DNA of 51,701 nucleotides from a virus: IMG/VR virus record IMGVR_UViG_3300045988_094113, positions 1 to 51,701 of that record; one strand, 5' to 3'. Shown piece by piece: positions 9,669 to 16,123 of this stretch (position 1 is its first letter; each line of letters starts with the position of its first letter). The notes under the pieces were generated by a model. It saw only the letters and a program-made list of their open reading frames with translations, ran no database searches and was not told where the DNA came from. The position numbers and the translations under genes were made by a program.

Positions 9669-10415
9669 ATGTATGAAAGAAACGGCGTAAAATATGGAGT
9701 AACAGAACAGGAACAAACAGGAACACAGGAAGAACAGCCATGGAGCAGAAAGAACGAACAAGGTATGCAAAGAACATATACAGGAATGAATGTAAACAAG
9801 CGTGAAAAAGAACAAAGTGCAGAACAAATTTATGTAGAACTTGATGAACATATGAAAAAAGCATTATGTTTTCATGAACAGCTTGCAGATTATTTTTGTT
9901 TCCTCGGATTGCAAGGTTTTAAGCGTAAATTAGAATATCAATATATGTGCGAAGTAGCAGAAGGAAGAAAGTTACACCACAAATATATAAACATTCACAA
10001 AAAGCTTATTCCGGTACATCAAATAGAAGTGATACAGTTTATCCCAAGAGAATGGAGTAAATACACAACAGAAGATGTGAACGACAATGTTCTACCAAAA
10101 TTTGTAAAAAGTGCAATAGAACAGTACAAAGAATGGGAAGAAGAAACAAAAGAACTATATGAGGAATTGTGGCAAAAGTGCATCAATGTTGGTTTGGTTG
10201 CCGATGCAGAATACATTAGTACGCTTGTAGAAGATGTTACAAAAGAACTCAAAAAGATAAACAGGATGCATGAACAGCTTAACGGAACAGGATATAATGC
10301 AGTAAGTATTCATGGTATGCAAGATAAATACCATGAAAAATATAAAAAGAAATACAATGAAGAATATACAAACAAAGAAGCAAAACAAATGAAGGAACAT
10401 AAAAAGAATAAGTAA
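9669..10415 (+). CDS. Hypothetical protein; Q/E-rich N-terminus, possible ferritin-like helical core
   Basis: 248 aa; AGGAGG RBS; LADYFCFLGLQGFKRKLEYQYMCEVAEGRKLHHKY loosely resembles a ferritin/Dps helix pair. Confidence 0.55.
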   Translation: MYERNGVKYGVTEQEQTGTQEEQPWSRKNEQGMQRTYTGMNVNKREKEQSAEQIYVELDEHMKKALCFHEQLADYFCFLGLQGFKRKLEYQYMCEVAEGRKLHHKYINIHKKLIPVHQIEVIQFIPREWSKYTTEDVNDNVLPKFVKSAIEQYKEWEEETKELYEELWQKCINVGLVADAEYISTLVEDVTKELKKINRMHEQLNGTGYNAVSIHGMQDKYHEKYKKKYNEEYTNKEAKQMKEHKKNK

Positions 10416-10422
10416 TATTTAT

Positions 10423-10478
10423 ATAAGCTATATATTATATATAATACTATAAAAGTAATATTGTAATATATAGCTTAT
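10423..10478. repeat. 14-bp perfect inverted repeat (AT-rich hairpin) at the late/early boundary
   Basis: ataagctatatatt (10423-10436) and aatatatagcttat (10465-10478), 28-nt loop, T-rich tail. Confidence 0.75.
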
Positions 10479-10519
10479 TTTATGTTTAAAAATATTTTTA
10501 ATTATTTTATAAAAAAGTG

Positions 10520-10548
10520 TTGACAAGCATAATAATATATTATATAAT
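10520..10548 (+). promoter_or_regulatory. Sigma-A-type promoter
   Basis: TTGACA-17-TATAAT. Confidence 0.7.
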
Positions 10549-10603
10549 ATAATCAAGTTAAGGGAATACAAAAAGTTGTTAAACAGAAAGGTTGGAAAAC
10601 AAA

Positions 10604-10810
10604 ATGAAGAGAACAATTATTACAGTAAAGGCAAACAGTTACAATGATTTTTGCTACAAATTAAGAAGTATGTACATTTGGAATGTAACAGTAAAGAGTG
10701 CAGGATGCAGATATAAATTATATGATAATATTTCTGGTAAGATTGTTGCATCTTATGATGAAAGAAAAGATCATGGTTTAGTTTATAATTATGGAAAAAG
10801 TTATAAATAA
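10604..10810 (+). CDS. Hypothetical early protein
   Basis: 68 aa; ATG after the shared leader aaaggttggaaaacaaa; track start is TTG in the leader. Confidence 0.55.
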   Translation: MKRTIITVKANSYNDFCYKLRSMYIWNVTVKSAGCRYKLYDNISGKIVASYDERKDHGLVYNYGKSYK

Positions 10811-10844
10811 AGGGTTGACAAAACAACCCTTTGTGATATATAAT
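10811..10844 (+). promoter_or_regulatory. Hairpin with embedded -35 box plus promoter
   Basis: agggttg-acaaaa-caaccct then ttt; TTGACA-18-TATAAT. Confidence 0.7.
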
Positions 10845-10896
10845 ATAGTTACAAGGTAAGGAAAACAAATAAAACAAAAGGTTGGAGGAAATGAAC

Positions 10897-11151
10897 ATGA
10901 AAACATTAGCATTGCAGAAAATTAAAGAAAGAAAAAACTTCTTAATTAAAAGAATTAAGCATAGAGCAATTCAATATAATAATGGAGAAATTTCTTTTGA
11001 AGAATTTCTTGATTATAAAAAGGATTATAAAACACAGTTCAGAGAATATGTGAGAGTCTTTTGGGATATTGAAGTTTTAACAGATGAAGAACGAGAGAAA
11101 ATTATAAATCAATTTAACTTTGATGTGTTAGAATTGAAAAAAGAAATATAA
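10897..11151 (+). CDS. Hypothetical early protein
   Basis: 84 aa; GGAGG 8 nt upstream. Confidence 0.55.
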   Translation: MKTLALQKIKERKNFLIKRIKHRAIQYNNGEISFEEFLDYKKDYKTQFREYVRVFWDIEVLTDEEREKIINQFNFDVLELKKEI

Positions 11152-11171
11152 AACAAATTTAAATTATATTA

Positions 11172-11200
11172 TTGACAAACATGTAAATGTAGTATATAAT
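11172..11200 (+). promoter_or_regulatory. Sigma-A-type promoter
   Basis: TTGACA-17-TATAAT. Confidence 0.7.
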
Positions 11201-11247
11201 ACAAGTATAAACAAAAGGAATACAAAAGTTTTGGAGGACAAAAAGTT

Positions 11248-11718
11248 ATGAAATATTTTAAGAACATTGAAACATTAGAGCAGTTAAGAAAAGAATACAA
11301 AAGACTTGTAAAAGAAAACCATCCAGATAACGGTGGCTCTGATGAAGCAATCAAAATTATCAATGCAGAATATGAGGAACTTTTCAAAGTCCTTAAAAAC
11401 AGCGATACAGCAGAAAACAAAAGTAAATATAACATGGCAGAAGATGAAATGTTAAGAAATGCTATTAACAGTATTATCAATTTGAATATTGATATAGAAA
11501 TTTGTGGTTCATGGATTTGGATAAGCGGAAATACATATGGATGCAAAACAGAATTGAAATCAAATGGTTTTAAATGGGCGAGTAAAAAGAAAATGTGGTA
11601 TTGGCATAATCCAGAAGAAGTGGTAAAAGGATATGGTAAAACAACAATGGCAGATATTAGAACAAAATATGGTTCACAGGTTGTAAAAGAATCAGCAAAA
11701 AGGTTTTGTATTGCATAA
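11248..11718 (+). CDS. J-domain (DnaJ-like) protein
   Basis: 156 aa; LEQLRKEYKRLVKENHPDNGGSDEAIKIINAEYEELF carries the HPD tripeptide. Confidence 0.75.
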   Translation: MKYFKNIETLEQLRKEYKRLVKENHPDNGGSDEAIKIINAEYEELFKVLKNSDTAENKSKYNMAEDEMLRNAINSIINLNIDIEICGSWIWISGNTYGCKTELKSNGFKWASKKKMWYWHNPEEVVKGYGKTTMADIRTKYGSQVVKESAKRFCIA

Positions 11719-11731
11719 AAATATCAAAAAA

Positions 11732-11764
11732 GGGGTTGACAAGTTCAACCCTTTGATATATAAT
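11732..11764 (+). promoter_or_regulatory. Hairpin with embedded -35 box plus promoter
   Basis: gggttga-caagt-tcaaccc then ttt; TTGACA-17-TATAAT. Confidence 0.7.
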
Positions 11765-11806
11765 TAAACCAAGCTAAAGAAAACAAAAGAAGTGGAGGAA
11801 AACAAA

Positions 11807-12037
11807 ATGACAAATAAAGAAACTTATGAATTTGGGAAAGTAATTATTGCAACAATTAAACACAATCCAGATAGTGCGGTTGTTACAAAAAGCGCATTAA
11901 GAGGTATGACAAGAAGAATGTATAAAGCAGAAATCATTACAAGTGTACAGAGAGATTGGTTAAATGGACAGATTTTAAAAACATTTGGAGTATGTAAATC
12001 AAATCATTATATTCTAAGGGAAAGAGTATACAAGTAA
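11807..12037 (+). CDS. Hypothetical early protein
   Basis: 76 aa; ATG after gtggaggaaaacaaa. Confidence 0.55.
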   Translation: MTNKETYEFGKVIIATIKHNPDSAVVTKSALRGMTRRMYKAEIITSVQRDWLNGQILKTFGVCKSNHYILRERVYK

Positions 12038-12055
12038 AAAATTTTCATTATATTA

Positions 12056-12084
12056 TTGACAAATAAAAATGTTAGTAGTATAAT
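12056..12084 (+). promoter_or_regulatory. Sigma-A-type promoter
   Basis: TTGACA-17-TATAAT. Confidence 0.7.
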
Positions 12085-12127
12085 GAAAATGTAAATAAAA
12101 GGTAAGCAAAAAAGAAAGGAAAACAAA

Positions 12128-12337
12128 ATGATGCAAAAATATAAAGAATTTGAAAATACACAAATGGTAGCTGTGAAAAGAAGTTTAATGACATACAGTG
12201 AAGCAATGGCGAATTGTTATGGATATTTAACAGCTATGAAAGATTTTGGTTTATTAAATGAAGAACAGAAAACACATGAGGTAAACAATATGTCTTATAG
12301 ATTTTTGAATATGCAGAAAACAAGTTTACATAAATAA
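12128..12337 (+). CDS. Hypothetical early protein
   Basis: 69 aa; shared leader. Confidence 0.55.
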   Translation: MMQKYKEFENTQMVAVKRSLMTYSEAMANCYGYLTAMKDFGLLNEEQKTHEVNNMSYRFLNMQKTSLHK

Positions 12338-12349
12338 GGAGAGTGAAAC

Positions 12350-12448
12350 ATGAAGTTAAAAAATTTATTGTTAGGAACAGCACCTATTTGGCTACCCATT
12401 CCAAGTATTATAGTCATAGGATATGTTTTAAAATTTTTAAATTGGTAG
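12350..12448 (+). CDS. 32-aa hydrophobic peptide (not in ORF track)
   Basis: AAGGAG RBS 8 nt upstream; MKLKNLLLGTAPIWLPIPSIIVIGYVLKFLNW. Confidence 0.4.
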   Translation: MKLKNLLLGTAPIWLPIPSIIVIGYVLKFLNW

Positions 12449-12449
12449 G

Positions 12450-12478
12450 TTGACAAAACTAAATATAAATGTTATAAT
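12450..12478 (+). promoter_or_regulatory. Sigma-A-type promoter
   Basis: TTGACA-17-TATAAT. Confidence 0.7.
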
Positions 12479-12509
12479 AAAGAAAAACAAAAGTAAGGAG
12501 AGCAAAAAA

Positions 12510-13190
12510 ATGAATAAAACAGAATTAGAAGTAATGAAGGTAGCAGAGTTAAAACAGATGTGCAGAGAAAGAAAGATGCCGCTTGAAAGCAAAGGACACA
12601 AATTTAATAAAGGAGAGCTTATTGACAGACTTATGTGGTATGAAGATGACAAAAAAGACATTGATAAGAAGATTGAAGAAAGTGCAGAACCATTAAAACA
12701 GGAAGTTGAAACAGAAGAAGAAAAATGGGATGCACCGGTATTACAGGAACATAAAGAAATTGAAAAGCCGAAGCAGGAAAAGAAGTTTGTACAGCATGAA
12801 GAAAACAGGCTCTACCCATTGCCATTTGCAAAAACGCTTGATGAAATCATTCAAAAGTATTCAAAGCCAAAACATGAAAGTGTTTTTGAAAATGTGTTAA
12901 AGGTTGGTTCATTTGTCGTGTTTATTCATTATGTTGAAGCAAAAGATGGAAATATATATAGAAAACTTAGAACAGCAAAAGTAACAGCCGTAAACAGAAA
13001 GAAAAAGCTTGTAAGAGCAGAAAGCTTTTTCGGTAATACATTTGAGTTGCCTTTTGAGGAGTTACTTTTTATTAGAGAAGTTGATGGTTTTTATCCAATG
13101 GACATTAACAAATATCTTAAAAATCAGAGAACAGAATATGGTAGAAAGGCTGTAAGTGAAAAGTATGAAAGTGAACATGAGGGAAATTAG
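12510..13190 (+). CDS. SAP/HeH-motif protein
   Basis: 226 aa from ATG after AAGGAG; N-terminal MKVAELKQMCRERKMPL...GELIDRL. Confidence 0.55.
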   Translation: MNKTELEVMKVAELKQMCRERKMPLESKGHKFNKGELIDRLMWYEDDKKDIDKKIEESAEPLKQEVETEEEKWDAPVLQEHKEIEKPKQEKKFVQHEENRLYPLPFAKTLDEIIQKYSKPKHESVFENVLKVGSFVVFIHYVEAKDGNIYRKLRTAKVTAVNRKKKLVRAESFFGNTFELPFEELLFIREVDGFYPMDINKYLKNQRTEYGRKAVSEKYESEHEGN

Positions 13191-13689
13191 TAGGAGTGTA
13201 AAAAATCTTTATAATCTCCAACAGCAAAAGAAAGAATTTGACAAGTATTATAATGAAACAAGAAAAAAGGAACAGCTTGCAATTTCTAATTTCATGTTCA
13301 GTAATTTAAAAGATAATGTAAATACTTTTGATATTGGTATTGGAGATAAAAACATAAAAGTAACAAAAGTAAGAACAAAAAAGATTATATGGGATATAGA
13401 AAAGTTAAAGCAAAGGATTCCTAAAAGTTTAATAAAACAATTTGTAAATAAAACATACACAGTAAATAATATGCAAGGGTTGATTGAATATTTGAAACAG
13501 TGTGGAGTTGATGCTAAGAAGTTCAAGAAATTCATTGATATAACTGAGGGGGTTGACAATGATAAATTAAATAATCTTAGTGAGCTAGGAGAGTTAAAAG
13601 CAAAGGATATAAAAGGGTGCTATGAATTACAATTAGGAGAGCCGTATATTAAAATAACGGAAATGAAGCAGGATGCAGAGGAAATATAA
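13165..13689 (+). CDS. Hypothetical protein
   Basis: about 174 aa; start uncertain (13165 or 13177). Confidence 0.5.
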   Translation: MKVNMREISRSVKNLYNLQQQKKEFDKYYNETRKKEQLAISNFMFSNLKDNVNTFDIGIGDKNIKVTKVRTKKIIWDIEKLKQRIPKSLIKQFVNKTYTVNNMQGLIEYLKQCGVDAKKFKKFIDITEGVDNDKLNNLSELGELKAKDIKGCYELQLGEPYIKITEMKQDAEEI

Positions 13690-14659
13690 CGGAAATGATT
13701 TAGCAAGAGTTCTAATCTATTATGGACTAATCTATGAAACAGAAAGTACACAAATAAAGATTGTTTGTCCATTCCATGATGATGCAAATCCAAGCATGGT
13801 TGTAAATTTAGCAGAAGGAAGTTTTTATTGTTTTGGTTGTGGAGTACAAGGAAACGCATATGATTTTGTAAAGTTTGCAAATCCAAAATTAAATGATTTA
13901 CAGTGTTGTGTTTTACTCGAAAAAATAGTAAGAAGCAATGAAGTAAAAAACATACAAGTGAAAGTAAGAAACAGAAGGAAAAAACATAGCAAAAATTCTA
14001 TCCGTGAAGCATATACATATTATTATGGTTTGCATGAAACAGATTGGAATATGCCTAGAACGGCAGAGGAAAAGCAAGTAGCAGAATATATGTATAAACG
14101 TGGATTTAGTGCCAGAGCATTGAATATAGGGCGTTGTAAGGCAAGCTACAGTCTGAGTTACCCGGTATTATTCCCTATATTGGATAATGGGGAGTTTAAA
14201 GGATGGGTTGGGAGAACAATGAATAAACAGGTAGAAAAAAAACGAAAATATCTGTATAATGAGGGTTTCAGAAAACGTGATACATTGTGTGGAAACTATT
14301 CTGAAAACAGCGTGGTATATATTTGTGAAGGTTTCATGGATTACTTAGCAATAAGAACAAGAGGACACATAAAAAATGTAGTTGCTATTTTGGGATGGCA
14401 CATATCGGATGAACAAACAAAGAAGTTAAAAGATAAGGGTGTAACAACTGTAGTTAGCGCACTTGATAACGATGAATGTGGAATAAAGGGAACAAAATAT
14501 TTAGAAAGATTTTTTGAGGTAGTAAGATTTCAATATCCAGAGAATATAAAAGATTGTGGAGAAATGAATGAAAAACAAATAAAAAAATGTATAAGAGAAA
14601 CGAGGAGATTGTATGAAACTGGCGGTAGAAATAGTAGTAGGAATATCATTGATACATAA
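13673..14659 (+). CDS. DNA primase (DnaG-type: CHC2 zinc finger plus Toprim)
   Basis: CPFHDDANPSMVVN...FYCFGCGVQG; ICEGFMDYLAI; SALDNDECG. Confidence 0.85.
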   Translation: MQRKYNGNDLARVLIYYGLIYETESTQIKIVCPFHDDANPSMVVNLAEGSFYCFGCGVQGNAYDFVKFANPKLNDLQCCVLLEKIVRSNEVKNIQVKVRNRRKKHSKNSIREAYTYYYGLHETDWNMPRTAEEKQVAEYMYKRGFSARALNIGRCKASYSLSYPVLFPILDNGEFKGWVGRTMNKQVEKKRKYLYNEGFRKRDTLCGNYSENSVVYICEGFMDYLAIRTRGHIKNVVAILGWHISDEQTKKLKDKGVTTVVSALDNDECGIKGTKYLERFFEVVRFQYPENIKDCGEMNEKQIKKCIRETRRLYETGGRNSSRNIIDT

Positions 14660-14996
14660 GAATACAGGAAAAGAATTTAATCTTGACAAATGTATAAAAC
14701 AGGAGTATGATGAAGATAGTGAAAAGTACAAAGAGCTTGTGGAAACATATACTGAAAGAATAGGCTTTGAAAGGACAGAAAACAAAGACAAATTCGACAA
14801 AGAACTTTTAAGTATTATTACAGCAGAATCAAAGAAAGAAGTTATAGAAACGATTGATAATATTATGGAAGTTGTAAAAGACGTATATAGAACAGGAAAG
14901 CATAGTTGGATTGAAATTTGTGGTTATGTTCTGAATATAGAAGATTTTAGTGGTATATGTATAAACAAATTTGAATCTAACTTTTCAAAACATTAG
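14613..14996 (+). CDS. Hypothetical protein
   Basis: 127 aa ORF overlapping the primase 3' end. Confidence 0.45.
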   Translation: MKLAVEIVVGISLIHKNTGKEFNLDKCIKQEYDEDSEKYKELVETYTERIGFERTENKDKFDKELLSIITAESKKEVIETIDNIMEVVKDVYRTGKHSWIEICGYVLNIEDFSGICINKFESNFSKH

Positions 14997-15015
14997 CAGA
15001 AAGGAACAAAAAGAA

Positions 15016-15813
15016 ATGGGAAAAATTACATTAAGTGCAATTAAAAGTGAAATTACAAAAAGCGGAATTAACAAAGGCAAGTTCATGTTTTTTAAAGAAG
15101 GAACAAAAGCACGTATCAGATTTTTAACAGAATTTGAGGATGGTTTAGAGATTGAGTTTCATAACAGTTATGAACAAGGAATAAATGTTCCATGTCAAGA
15201 ACAGTTCGGAAGAGACTGTCCATACTGTGATATGAATAACATTAAAACCAGAAAGCTGTATGTATGGAGTGTATATGACTATGAAAGCAAAGAAGTTAAA
15301 TTACTTATGTTTGCCGCTAACAATTGTAGTCCAGTTCCTACACTTGCAAATATATATGAAACAAAAGGCACACTGTTAGATAGAGATTATACTATTATTC
15401 AAAATGGAAAGGGAACAAATAAATCTTTTACCGTACTTCCAGAAGAAAAGCTTAAATTTCGTGTTAAAGTAAAACCAATGTCTGATAGTGCAATTATGAA
15501 AGCCATTGATAAAGCATACCCATCCGATAACAATGAAGATTTTGAAGAAGAGGAAAATAAATCTAAAAAGAATAAAACAAAATCAAAACCTAAAAAAGAA
15601 ACAGAAGAAGTTGAGGATGAATGGGACGAAGAAGAAGCAGAGGATTATGAAAGTATGAAACCACAAGAACTTTATAAACTCTGTAAAGAAAGGGATATTG
15701 ATTGTAAACAAAGGAAGTCGAAAGAATATTATATTGACCTTTTGGAAGAAGCTGACGAAGAAGAAAGTGAATCAGATGAATGGGACGAAGAAGATGACGA
15801 GTGGGAGGAATAA
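15016..15813 (+). CDS. Putative ssDNA-binding protein (gp32-like Zn site, SAP motif, acidic tail)
   Basis: H-x10-C-x7-C-x2-C (FHNSYEQGINVPCQEQFGRDCPYC); C-terminal SESDEWDEEDDEWEE. Confidence 0.5.
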   Translation: MGKITLSAIKSEITKSGINKGKFMFFKEGTKARIRFLTEFEDGLEIEFHNSYEQGINVPCQEQFGRDCPYCDMNNIKTRKLYVWSVYDYESKEVKLLMFAANNCSPVPTLANIYETKGTLLDRDYTIIQNGKGTNKSFTVLPEEKLKFRVKVKPMSDSAIMKAIDKAYPSDNNEDFEEEENKSKKNKTKSKPKKETEEVEDEWDEEEAEDYESMKPQELYKLCKERDIDCKQRKSKEYYIDLLEEADEEESESDEWDEEDDEWEE

Positions 15814-15817
15814 ATAA

Positions 15818-16042
15818 ATGTTTATAACAAGAAAAGAATTTGAAAGACAAATTAAGAAAGCAAAGAAACGTGGTGCAAAAGAAGCATATGAAAAATGCTT
15901 TGTAAATAATAGCATTGATTCTGTTAGTCGCAATATGTATGATAATGTAGATAGAGTACATGTGGAACTTGACAAGATTCTTATTCGACTTGATAAACTT
16001 GAAAATAAATTGCAAAATACAAGAAATGAAAAGAAACAATAG
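15818..16042 (+). CDS. Hypothetical coiled-coil protein
   Basis: 74 aa. Confidence 0.5.
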   Translation: MFITRKEFERQIKKAKKRGAKEAYEKCFVNNSIDSVSRNMYDNVDRVHVELDKILIRLDKLENKLQNTRNEKKQ

Positions 16043-16057
16043 AATAAAGAATAATTT

Positions 16058-16090
16058 AGGCTTGACTAATGTCAAGCCTTTTGTTATAAT
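16058..16090 (+). promoter_or_regulatory. Hairpin with embedded -35 box plus promoter
   Basis: aggcttgac-taat-gtcaagcct then tttgtt; TTGACT-17-TATAAT. Confidence 0.75.
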
Positions 16091-16123
16091 ATAAGTGAAA
16101 AGGGAAAACAAAAGGAAAGGAAA

